64,000 bases of DNA from Bacteroidota bacterium (GTDB lineage: Bacteria; Bacteroidota; Bacteroidia; Bacteroidales; JAAUTT01): the NCBI GenBank assembly GCA_023429135.1, contig JAEYWD010000057.1, forward strand, positions 81,261-145,260, read 5' to 3'. Of this stretch, positions 1-8,609 are shown piece by piece (position 1 is the stretch's first letter; each line of letters begins with the position of its first letter). Below the pieces are notes generated by a model. The model was given only the letters and a program-made list of their open reading frames with translations. It did not search any database and was not told the DNA's origin. Position numbers and translations under genes: made by a program.

Positions 1-341
1 AGTTTTTCTTTAGCTGACTTGGCTGGGGTCCACACATTAAGATAGAGACAATCTTCACTTTTACCTGCGGGCGGATTTCCTCCCTGAAATGGAGATGGGG
101 CAAACTTTGTAGCTTGCTTTATCCCGTCCCATTTTATTACTGGTTGTGGAGCTTTCCACCGAAGGTCGCCAACCGGAGGTGCCGCAAATGGAACACCTTT
201 AAATACTGTTAAGCCGTTTTCTGCGGCTCCCTGAACAATCCCGCCATCCACTTTAACCTGAATAAGATCCTGAACGGTGAGCGAAACAACACAGAATGTG
301 AATGTCAATAACATCAATATCTGCAAGGTTCTCGATTTCAT
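1..341 (-). CDS. Type-B carboxylesterase/lipase family protein. N-terminal part only; the gene runs off the left edge.
   Basis: ATG at 341 on the minus strand. My translation is MKSRTLQILMLLTFTFCVVSLTVQ...FKGVPFAAPPVGDLRWKAPQP...GKSEDCLYLNVWTP. It shows a signal peptide followed by the classic type-B carboxylesterase N-terminal signatures (PFAxPPxGxLRW and EDCLYLNVW). Confidence 0.8.
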   Translation of the reverse strand, partial: MKSRTLQILMLLTFTFCVVSLTVQDLIQVKVDGGIVQGAAENGLTVFKGVPFAAPPVGDLRWKAPQPVIKWDGIKQATKFAPSPFQGGNPPAGKSEDCLYLNVWTPAKSAKEK

Positions 342-383
342 TTTTTTGAATTTTAAAAGTTCAAAATATTAGTATAGAAAACA

Positions 384-1391
384 TTAATTTTTTGTCGACA
401 GAAATGCATTAATCTCCTTTACGGTGCGTTCCAGATCGTCGTGATGCAGATTATGTGCAGCTCCGTCTACATGAACAAGCTTCACTTTTTTCAGATCTTT
501 CACAGCATCTTCGTTAGCTTTGCGCGCTTCGGGCGATGCATCGGCCTTTAGAACAAGGGAAGGTACAGTGATCTTTGCCAAAGCATCTCCTATGGCCATT
601 GTGCCAGTCATGGCTTGCCCTGCCTCCGGCGTATAAGGACCATGATACTGTTTTTTGGATAGTGCCCAATATTTGATATCCACAATATCCCATTTGGGGT
701 TCTGCTTTTTACCTAACTCAACCAGTTCGTCAAAATTATAGTTATTTTGTTTAACCAGTGTCTCAGGATCGCCAAACATGTTGATAGATATACCTTTAGG
801 AGTTGTTCTTTCGGGCTTCTTTGCACTGGGAGGATTACTTGGAGGGACATTGCGAGGCATGCCACGTCCGTCACCCCCTGGACGTGCCAGGAAGGGGTCG
901 AGCATAATAATTGTTTGTGCCAGTTCCGGATATTCAGCGCCAACACGCATAACTGTTGCTGCTCCCATTGAATGCCCTACCAGAATTGGCTTTTGGAAGT
1001 TCATGGTTTTCACGAACCCTACAACGTCTTTTACCAAAGTTTCACCGTTATCGGCCTGCGTGAATAGGTCGGACAAACCGTGGCCACGGGTATCAAGCAT
1101 GTAAATGTCGTAGTTGTTCTGTAACTTCCATGTTAGGGTTGTCCAGCATAGACCATTATCGGTAACACCATGAACCATTACGATTACAGGCTTTCCGGGT
1201 GCCGGGACAGCATGATAATAATGAACACGAATTCCGTTTACATAAGCAAAACCATCTGTCCAACCGTCAGGAATACCTGGAGGATCGGCGGCAAACATGG
1301 TTACAGGAGAAATGATCAACAAAATGATGGTTCGCAGAATTGCCTTTACTGCTTTGCTTTTTCCAGTTTTAAGTAAGTCTTTTACTTTCAT
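384..1391 (-). CDS. Secreted alpha/beta-fold hydrolase
   Basis: 335-aa ORF with an N-terminal hydrophobic signal, an HG oxyanion motif (VMVHGVTDNG), a GHSMGA nucleophile elbow and a C-terminal His (AAHNLHHDD). Confidence 0.8.
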   Translation of the reverse strand: MKVKDLLKTGKSKAVKAILRTIILLIISPVTMFAADPPGIPDGWTDGFAYVNGIRVHYYHAVPAPGKPVIVMVHGVTDNGLCWTTLTWKLQNNYDIYMLDTRGHGLSDLFTQADNGETLVKDVVGFVKTMNFQKPILVGHSMGAATVMRVGAEYPELAQTIIMLDPFLARPGGDGRGMPRNVPPSNPPSAKKPERTTPKGISINMFGDPETLVKQNNYNFDELVELGKKQNPKWDIVDIKYWALSKKQYHGPYTPEAGQAMTGTMAIGDALAKITVPSLVLKADASPEARKANEDAVKDLKKVKLVHVDGAAHNLHHDDLERTVKEINAFLSTKN

Positions 1392-1413
1392 CTTAGTATT
1401 ATTTAATTTTTGA

Positions 1414-2577
1414 TTATTTCTTTAATTGTTTGTCTTTGAAAATTTTCTGCGCAAAACTATAGAGGTCGTGCCTCCATACATACATCGTATGCCCACCTTC
1501 CATTTCCGAATAGTCCGATTCAACTCCATATTTTGTAAAGAGGTTGCGTGTAGGTGGAGTATTGCTGGTTGCTCCATCTGTACTTCCGCCACAGGTAAAA
1601 ATGAAATATTTCAATGTTGATTTTAGTTTAGGGGCTGTTGCCTTTATGAGCTGATCGTATTTCTCATAGTTTTCGGGTTGACTGGTCCACCAGCCAGAGC
1701 TCATTACATTCACATAGGCAAATTTATCAGGATTTTGAATGATGGTTTCCAGAACTTCCAGCCCTCCCATTGATAAACCCGCAATGGCCCTGTAATCGGC
1801 AGTTTTGTATGCACGAAAGTTCGACTCCACATAGGGAATTATATTTGTGGCCAGATCTTTGGCAAATGTTTCTACCGGAATGCTTCCATCGGGCATTACC
1901 ACTATCATAGGCACAATTTTCCCTTCCGAAAACAGATTATCGAGTATCCATCCTGCCTTTCCCTGTCCGGGCCAATTCGTGTCGTTATCTCCGCCTCCGT
2001 GCATCAGATAAAGAACGGGAAGCCTGGCATTGTTGGAAAAATAGCCGGGGGGAGTCCACACAAACATGCGCCTGGTTGAATTTGTAACATTGGAGTCATA
2101 ATAAACCACCGACATAAGGCCGTGCGGAATATTCTTCTTCTGCCAAAAAAGGTTTTCTCCCTTGGGAACAATCTCCACCATGGGTCTGAAATCAGCCACC
2201 ATGGAGTTTTTTGGATCATTGACTTTCATGCCGTCAACTTTGAAAAAGTAACGATAGGCACTCGGGGGAATGTTTGGACCTGTTGTCATTGTCCATATTC
2301 CGTTTTCGGCTTTTTCTGTTTTTTCAGCCCGGATATCTCCGGCTAATTCCACCAATTTTGCATCGGGAGCATAAAGCCTGAATGTGGCGCTGCCATCATC
2401 ATTTACCTGAAACGATATTAAGTTATCGTTCGGTGTAGGTGGACTATTCCTGAAGTTCTGCGCTTCGGCTTGAAAACAAAGTAATATTAGTATAACGCCT
2501 GATAAAAAAGGCAGTTGTCTAAAGATTGGAATCGATACAGACTCAAATCTTAATTTAAGCAGTTTGTTTAGAGTCAT
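1414..2577 (-). CDS. Esterase of the CE1 / esterase-D-like family, with an N-terminal Ig-like (E-set) domain
   Basis: 387-aa ORF. It has a signal-like N-terminus, an E-set-like block (ATFRLYAPDAKLVELAGDI...GIWTMT...YRYFFKVDG), then LYLMHGGGDNDTNW and a GLSMGG nucleophile elbow. Confidence 0.75.
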   Translation of the reverse strand: MTLNKLLKLRFESVSIPIFRQLPFLSGVILILLCFQAEAQNFRNSPPTPNDNLISFQVNDDGSATFRLYAPDAKLVELAGDIRAEKTEKAENGIWTMTTGPNIPPSAYRYFFKVDGMKVNDPKNSMVADFRPMVEIVPKGENLFWQKKNIPHGLMSVVYYDSNVTNSTRRMFVWTPPGYFSNNARLPVLYLMHGGGDNDTNWPGQGKAGWILDNLFSEGKIVPMIVVMPDGSIPVETFAKDLATNIIPYVESNFRAYKTADYRAIAGLSMGGLEVLETIIQNPDKFAYVNVMSSGWWTSQPENYEKYDQLIKATAPKLKSTLKYFIFTCGGSTDGATSNTPPTRNLFTKYGVESDYSEMEGGHTMYVWRHDLYSFAQKIFKDKQLKK

Positions 2578-2608
2578 AAAAGAGTTATTGATAGTTAATG
2601 AGATTTAC

Positions 2609-3493
2609 TCAATTTGTTCGGGATTGAAGAAAACATTCTCCGGCGAATTTTAGCGCTTTGGGCAGACTTTTTCGCCAAAGCGCCCAGTTGTGGCCTCCGT
2701 CAATCACTCGGACCTCTACCGGAATTTTACTTTCCTTCATCGTAAGGATCATTTCCAGTTGGTCCCGGTTAATTTCATCGTCACCAAGCTCAATGGCATA
2801 AATTACTGATTTCTTTTGACTTTCCGGCAATTTTTTGGCGAGGGCATAAACATCGTTTTCATGCCACAAATCGGGTAAATCACCATCCTTTTTTAAAGGC
2901 CCAAAATAATTTTCACCCAACCAGTTGTAACCTCTGTGCCAGTGGTCGGTTCTGGCATTTTTATCGGAGAACATTCCAATACTCATCGCATAACATACCT
3001 GAAATTTATCGGGATGCTTCAATGCATATAACAGACAACCACGACCTCCCATAGAAAGACCCGAAATAGCGCGGTAACGTTTTTCAGTCCGGCAACGGTA
3101 AGTTGATTCGATATGTGGAATAAACTCCTGGAAAAAGAAGTCTTCATAGTTTAGTGTGCCGTCGAATTTATTGTTATACCAGCCGTCTATGCCGTCGGGC
3201 ATAACAATAATCATTTCAGGAGCTTCACCGGAGGCAAAAGCATTATCGGCTATGGTGGCAGCCTGCCCTCTTAGCAGCCAATCCCTCCAATCGTCGCCAC
3301 CACCATGCAAGAGATATAACACAGGATACTCCAGTTTTGATGTTTCATAACCCGGTGGCAGGTAAATAGAATAATGTGCAGTTTGGTTCAGTAATTTACT
3401 TTCCAATACACGGTCACTGTAAGCAGTTCCTTTTTGTGCGAAGGCAACGCCGGTGAGTAATAAAATTGAGCAAATAATAAAAAGCTTTTTCAT
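2609..3493 (-). CDS. Esterase family protein (CE1 / esterase-D-like)
   Basis: 294-aa ORF with a signal peptide (MKKLFIICSILLLTGVAFA), LYLLHGGGDDWRDW and a GLSMGG motif. It is a paralogue of the preceding gene. Confidence 0.75.
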   Translation of the reverse strand: MKKLFIICSILLLTGVAFAQKGTAYSDRVLESKLLNQTAHYSIYLPPGYETSKLEYPVLYLLHGGGDDWRDWLLRGQAATIADNAFASGEAPEMIIVMPDGIDGWYNNKFDGTLNYEDFFFQEFIPHIESTYRCRTEKRYRAISGLSMGGRGCLLYALKHPDKFQVCYAMSIGMFSDKNARTDHWHRGYNWLGENYFGPLKKDGDLPDLWHENDVYALAKKLPESQKKSVIYAIELGDDEINRDQLEMILTMKESKIPVEVRVIDGGHNWALWRKSLPKALKFAGECFLQSRTN

Positions 3494-3516
3494 ACTTGAG
3501 ATACCAGGAAGGATAA

Positions 3517-5205
3517 TTATTTAAAATCGTAAAGCCATACCCTTTGAAGCTGCGGATTTTCACCCCGGAAAAGTAATCCATAGCCCGATTGTCCCTTTAA
3601 GGCCATTTGATCCAAATCCTGACTAACATTTGTTTCATCGCCATTTAACCACCGAAGCTGATGCCATACATTATCAATAAAATAACCCTCGTTAACTTTG
3701 CTAAAGGCGGTAATGCCCTCACCATTTGCAGGAGCAAAGGTAACCTGGGCATTTGAACCCATTACAAGATATTCATTATCATTCATTAATAATACCATTG
3801 CGTAACCTTTTCTGCCTCTTGGACCAAACATTCCACCTCCCTGAGCAGGCGTTTCCGGCTGCGGGCCAAAACGGAAAGGCTTGGTAAGATTTACAATAAC
3901 CTTGTGGTTCCCTAATACAAATTCCTGGGAAGTATTTTCAGGATTTAATTCACTTAACCAGGCCGCACGAATGGTGCCTTTTGATTGATGTTCAGTAATG
4001 ATGTCCCGGAATGATGACATCATTCGGTATGAATTGAAAAAATCGCTCTGTTGATGATTTTTCATGTTACCGTCGATTCCAAAAGGCGAAAATCCAAAAC
4101 CTCTGCGTTCTCCGATAAGGTATACGGCATTGGCTGCCGATGCCCCGGATTCAGGCACAAAAACAGCATCTTGTTTACGGGAATACCTGTCGAGAATTTC
4201 GCTGAATTCAGGATCATAAATATCAGGTGAATAAAAATCAATATCTGGGGCACCTGCTCTCCAAACATCGTGAACCTGAGCCACGGGACCACCAGATGGA
4301 TAATCGCCCGGAACAATATCTCCAGCATGCTGAAGGGCTACATTTACAAAGGCCGGAATAGGGTAAAGGTCTTTCCCTGCTTTAGCTATAGCATTTGTGT
4401 ATCCGGAATAATACCACGCCATAAAAAACTCGCTTGTGGTAACATTTTTTCCAAAAACTTCTTCCCAGGTTCCTTTTGTGGCAAAGTTTGAATTAGTCCA
4501 CAGTTTAAGCGTTTCGGGCAGAAGATTTTTTTTGTTTTTTACAAGATAGTTGATAAGTTCTTTAGGTACCTCTGAACGAAATAACTGTTCTGCTTTCGTG
4601 CTATAATCTCTTTCAAAGAATAGGCCCATTTCATTTTCAACCTGAATGAATAAAACGGTATTTTCTTTGCCGTCGATATCCTTTAAATGTCTCATCATAG
4701 CTGCATAAGCTTTTTTATCGGCATCCCTGTTAGTTTCGTAAAAAACCGAGAGGCAGGGGACAGAAAGGCCATCACGAGTAATAGCTCGTGGGAAACGTTT
4801 GTAATCCTGACCAACCCATCCCGGGATATATCCGCTTCCGCCGTTTTTAAAACTGCCAAACCAAAGAATTACGAGTTTCAAATCGTTTTCCCGGGCATCT
4901 TTAATCATGGCATCCATTTGAGAAAAATCAAATTTCCCTTCTTCTGGCTCTATCTGATCCCAGGAAACTACCGCCAAAACCGTATTCAAACCCGATCCTT
5001 TAAAAGCCGGCCAAATGTCTTTCATATATTCGGGACTGGACGTACTTGAATTGCGAAGTTCACCAGCCAGGGCGAGAAATGGCTTCCCCTTTACAATTAG
5101 TTGCGAAATATCTCCCCTTTTCTCTAAGTGAGGGATTTCGTTGTTTTGAGCCTTTACAAAGCAACTCAGGCAAAACAAAAGATTTAAAACTATAAATTTT
5201 TTCAT
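3517..5205 (-). CDS. Clan GH-A TIM-barrel glycoside hydrolase, beta-galactosidase-like (GH35/GH42-like with a C-terminal beta-sandwich)
   Basis: 562-aa ORF with a signal peptide, a W-DQIEPEEGKFDF block and an IQVENEMG acid/base motif typical of clan GH-A. The exact GH family cannot be fixed without an HMM search. Confidence 0.65.
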   Translation of the reverse strand: MKKFIVLNLLFCLSCFVKAQNNEIPHLEKRGDISQLIVKGKPFLALAGELRNSSTSSPEYMKDIWPAFKGSGLNTVLAVVSWDQIEPEEGKFDFSQMDAMIKDARENDLKLVILWFGSFKNGGSGYIPGWVGQDYKRFPRAITRDGLSVPCLSVFYETNRDADKKAYAAMMRHLKDIDGKENTVLFIQVENEMGLFFERDYSTKAEQLFRSEVPKELINYLVKNKKNLLPETLKLWTNSNFATKGTWEEVFGKNVTTSEFFMAWYYSGYTNAIAKAGKDLYPIPAFVNVALQHAGDIVPGDYPSGGPVAQVHDVWRAGAPDIDFYSPDIYDPEFSEILDRYSRKQDAVFVPESGASAANAVYLIGERRGFGFSPFGIDGNMKNHQQSDFFNSYRMMSSFRDIITEHQSKGTIRAAWLSELNPENTSQEFVLGNHKVIVNLTKPFRFGPQPETPAQGGGMFGPRGRKGYAMVLLMNDNEYLVMGSNAQVTFAPANGEGITAFSKVNEGYFIDNVWHQLRWLNGDETNVSQDLDQMALKGQSGYGLLFRGENPQLQRVWLYDFK

Positions 5206-5390
5206 GACAGTTTTTCTTTATGTTAGCTAACCTATTAAAATGAATGTCAAACTTAAATCAAGCCTATTCTTGAAGAAAGCATAAATCAGACAAAAACAGA
5301 TAAAAAATGGTAATAGCAATCCTTGATATCGTATATAATAATCCTAATATTCAGGTGAAATGCAATTAGTTTTTAATTTTTCATCCATAA

Positions 5391-5546
5391 GAACTGCAAA
5401 AAATCATTCTGATTTCAAGTTCGGGTAAAAGATAATTTAGCATTCAGGAAATTAGCGGTCATCTTCATTTTCCCTCACAATCATTTTTTGGAAAGTATTT
5501 TAAAAGGCATGTAGGTGTTTCGCCAATGGAATACAGGAAAAAATAA
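5391..5546 (+). pseudogene. Decayed C-terminal fragment of an AraC-type HTH regulator
   Basis: My frame translation gives ELQKIILISSSGKR*FSIQEISGHLHFPSQSFFGKYFKRHVGVSPMEYRKK*. This matches the second helix-turn-helix of AraC/XylS proteins. There is an in-frame TAA at 5433-5435, further stops upstream, and no N-terminal part. Confidence 0.6.
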
Positions 5547-5558
5547 TTATTTCAGAAA

Positions 5559-5579
5559 ATATTAGTTTGAATTCTAACT
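5559..5579. promoter_or_regulatory. Operator-like 21-bp element ATATTAGTTTGAATTCTAACT, copy 1 (upstream of marR)
   Basis: An exact 21-bp copy recurs at 6051-6071. The core AGTTtGAATTCtAACT is a 16-bp palindrome with one mismatch pair. It sits just 5' of a TAnnTTTG-type -7 motif (TACCTTTG, 5585-5592) and the marR ATG at 5610. Confidence 0.5.
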
Positions 5580-5609
5580 TATATTACCTTTGCCAAAAAA
5601 AATCAGGAT

Positions 5610-6041
5610 ATGAATGATGTATTTAAAACAATCATATATGATATGCAGACTGTCACCATGAATGTGAAACAGTGCCTGCAAAGTCAGCTTTTGAAGTTAG
5701 AATTGGATATCACATTTGAGATGGTTAGGGTTTTAACCATTTTGTCATATTTAAAATATGCGAATCAGCAGCAACTTGCTGACCTTACTTTGAAAAATAA
5801 AGCCAGTCTCACTTCCTTAATTGATAACCTTGTTAAAAGAGACTTGGTCACCCGATCAGAAGATACAGCCGACAGAAGAAATAAAATCATTACCATTACA
5901 AGCAAAGGAAAAGAATACATGAAAAAAGTAAATCCTCTGGTGGAAACTTTTTTTGATAACCTCTCCAAAGAGTTTAATTCTGAAGAAATTGCTCTTTTAA
6001 AGAAGTCAATTTTAAAAATGAATGAATTCATAAAAAGATAA
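5610..6041 (+). CDS. MarR family transcriptional regulator
   Basis: 143-aa ORF with a winged-helix pattern (QQQLADLTLKNKASLTSLIDNLVKRDLVTRSEDTADRRNKIITITSKG). It is the first gene of an efflux operon. Confidence 0.85.
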   Translation: MNDVFKTIIYDMQTVTMNVKQCLQSQLLKLELDITFEMVRVLTILSYLKYANQQQLADLTLKNKASLTSLIDNLVKRDLVTRSEDTADRRNKIITITSKGKEYMKKVNPLVETFFDNLSKEFNSEEIALLKKSILKMNEFIKR

Positions 6042-6050
6042 TTTTTTACC

Positions 6051-6071
6051 ATATTAGTTTGAATTCTAACT
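6051..6071. promoter_or_regulatory. Operator-like 21-bp element, copy 2 (between marR and the tolC-like gene)
   Basis: Identical to 5559-5579. It lies 46 bp upstream of the TolC-like ATG (6117). Confidence 0.5.
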
Positions 6072-6116
6072 GTAAAACATACAACCGTTGTAACACAAAT
6101 TAAATTTATAATAATC

Positions 6117-7436
6117 ATGAATTTTAGAAACTATTTCACATTGATAAGTGCCATATTACTGTTTAACGCATCGGAGATGATGAATGCACAGGAATTAGTA
6201 CCGAAGGAGTTGAGTTTAAATGATGCCTTAACACTTGCAATGGAGCATCAGCAACAATTAAAAATATCGGAGGCAAATGTTGCGGTTTCCGAACAGCAGT
6301 TACGGGTTGCGAAAATGCAACAACTTCCATCAGCTACATTAACTGCAAATGGTTACTACATGAGCGATGCAACTTTATATTCTCCTGATCTCGACAAGTT
6401 AACTGATGTTCCGATGCCCCACTTTGGAAATTCCTATGCTTTTCAGGCATCGCAACTGCTTTTCAAAGGTGGTATGATCAACAAATCCATTCAGATTGCC
6501 GAATTACGGATACAATTGGCAAATCTTGATTTGAAAAGGGATGAACAAGCTATTAAGTTCTTAATTATATCAAACTATTTGGATATTTACAAGATACACA
6601 ATCAGATTAAGATTTACGAGCAAAACATAACGCTTGCAAAAATGCGGCTCGAAAACCTGAAAAGCATGAGTGAGCAACAAATGATAACCCGTAATGAACT
6701 CATACGCGCTAAACTTCAGATTAAAAACCTGGAGCAGGCGTTGCTCTCATTAAGAAACAATTTGGCCATCATGAGCTATCAAATGAGCTATGCACTGGGA
6801 TTACCACTGAATACTATAATTATCCCAACCGAAGTTATTGAAAACAAAAAACCGGAAACGGTTTCCGTATATCTTGAGCTGGCGCATAAACAACATTATG
6901 GCCTGGCGACAGCTAATACAAACATAGAACTGGCCAAAAAAAGTATCAGTCTCTCCAAAGCAGAACGTTATCCTACACTTGCGGCGTTTGCGGGGTATAA
7001 CATGCAACGCCCGCTTACATCGTTAACACCTGCTCAGGATTTATACGCAAATACCTGGCAAACTGGCTTAAGTTTTTCCTTCTGCTTGGATAATCTTTAT
7101 AAAACCCGCCAAAAGGTAGGTTTAAGCAAATACCAGGAAAAAGTAGCTGAAGAAGCTTATATATTAACGGAGCAGAACATCGAAATTGGTGTGTATGCAG
7201 CTTTTACAAAGTTCCAGGAATCGTTGCAGCAAACCAGATTAATAGAAGAAGCCAAAGAGCTTGCCATTGAAAATTACAACATTGTCGAAGCGAAATATCT
7301 TAATCAGTTCGCCATCACAGCAGAAATGACCGACGCAACCTATGCACGCCTTGAAGCTGAACTACAGTTTATTAATAGTACGATAACAGAACTTTTTCAA
7401 TACTATAACCTGATTAAGAGCACAGGTACACTCTAA
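6117..7436 (+). CDS. TolC family outer-membrane efflux protein
   Basis: 439-aa ORF with a signal peptide and two coiled-coil/beta repeats typical of outer membrane factor proteins. It sits in operon context with HlyD and MFS genes. Confidence 0.85.
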   Translation: MNFRNYFTLISAILLFNASEMMNAQELVPKELSLNDALTLAMEHQQQLKISEANVAVSEQQLRVAKMQQLPSATLTANGYYMSDATLYSPDLDKLTDVPMPHFGNSYAFQASQLLFKGGMINKSIQIAELRIQLANLDLKRDEQAIKFLIISNYLDIYKIHNQIKIYEQNITLAKMRLENLKSMSEQQMITRNELIRAKLQIKNLEQALLSLRNNLAIMSYQMSYALGLPLNTIIIPTEVIENKKPETVSVYLELAHKQHYGLATANTNIELAKKSISLSKAERYPTLAAFAGYNMQRPLTSLTPAQDLYANTWQTGLSFSFCLDNLYKTRQKVGLSKYQEKVAEEAYILTEQNIEIGVYAAFTKFQESLQQTRLIEEAKELAIENYNIVEAKYLNQFAITAEMTDATYARLEAELQFINSTITELFQYYNLIKSTGTL

Positions 7437-7479
7437 AATAAAAAACAAAACGATCATTAATATTTTAAAATAAACATCT

Positions 7480-8589
7480 ATGTCAAAAGATCAAAAGAAT
7501 TCAGGTAGTGAAGCTGGTTCAGAAAACAAAAAAGCACAAAAAACGGAAAAGGAAAAACTTAAAATGAAAGTTACTTTCTTTAATATTCTTGTATTTGTAA
7601 CTGTTGCAGGAGGTTTTTATTGGTTAATCCGGAGCTATTTCCATATAGGTAATAAGGATTATACCAACGCAGCCCAGGTGGAAGAGTATATCAACCCGAT
7701 AAATACCAGAATTTCGGCTTATATAAAGGAAATCAGATTTATTGAACATCAGTCGGTAAAAAAGGGAGATACACTGGTTGTGCTGGACGACCGTGAAATA
7801 CAAACACAGCTAAATCAAGCTGAAGCAGCCTATCAAAATGCACTTGCTTCAAAAATTGTAACAGAGGCTTCGGTTAAAACTGTTTCGAACAACATTAATG
7901 TTACGCAGACCAATATAGAAGGCGCCAAAGCACGGTTCGAAACTGCTAAAAAGAACCTTGACCGGTATACCAACCTTCTAAAAACGGGTGCCATCACCGG
8001 ATTTCAATTCGACCAATCTAAAACTGAATATGAGATTGCCAAATCTTCCCACGAAACTTTACAAGGGCAGAAAACTTCGGCAGGACTTTCCGTTACCGAA
8101 GTTAAAAACAGGTTGGCTCTGAATGAGGCCGAAATCAAGAGAACCAAAGCTGCCCTGGAAATGGCCCGGATAAACTTATCATATACCGTTATTAAAGCCC
8201 CATACGACGGTATCATGGGCCGCAGATTGATCAACGAAGGTCAGTTGCTTCAACCGGGTCAGCAGATAAGCACCATTGTTTTGAATAATCAAAAGTGGGT
8301 CACTGCTAATTTCCTCGAAAGTCAGATGCCAAACATTCAGTTAGGTAAAAAACTTAGCATGACAGCAGATGCTATTGGCGATGATGTAAAGTTTGAAGGA
8401 GAAGTTACTGCTATTTCAGCAGCCACAGGTTCTAAATATTCCAATGTACCGGTGGATAACAGCTCTGGTAATTTTGTAAAAGTTCAGCAACGTATTCCAG
8501 TGCGCATTGAGTTTACTGCAAATAATAAAAAGGATATGCTCGATAAACTCAGAGCTGGCATGAACATGAACCTGGTATTGAAAAAATAA
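7480..8589 (+). CDS. HlyD/EmrA-type membrane fusion protein
   Basis: 369-aa ORF with a single N-terminal TM, a lipoyl-like hairpin (KKGDTLVVLDDRE ... TVIKAPYDGIMG) and a long coiled coil. Confidence 0.85.
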   Translation: MSKDQKNSGSEAGSENKKAQKTEKEKLKMKVTFFNILVFVTVAGGFYWLIRSYFHIGNKDYTNAAQVEEYINPINTRISAYIKEIRFIEHQSVKKGDTLVVLDDREIQTQLNQAEAAYQNALASKIVTEASVKTVSNNINVTQTNIEGAKARFETAKKNLDRYTNLLKTGAITGFQFDQSKTEYEIAKSSHETLQGQKTSAGLSVTEVKNRLALNEAEIKRTKAALEMARINLSYTVIKAPYDGIMGRRLINEGQLLQPGQQISTIVLNNQKWVTANFLESQMPNIQLGKKLSMTADAIGDDVKFEGEVTAISAATGSKYSNVPVDNSSGNFVKVQQRIPVRIEFTANNKKDMLDKLRAGMNMNLVLKK

Positions 8590-8609
8590 TACTTTAAAAC
8601 AAAGAATCA

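Noticed and set aside
4526-4540. T8-G-T6 homopolymer tract inside the GH gene, as a possible slipped-strand phase-variation site
   Set aside because: It encodes an in-frame KNKKN stretch. Tracts of this length are common in AT-rich genomes, and there is no evidence of frameshifted variants.
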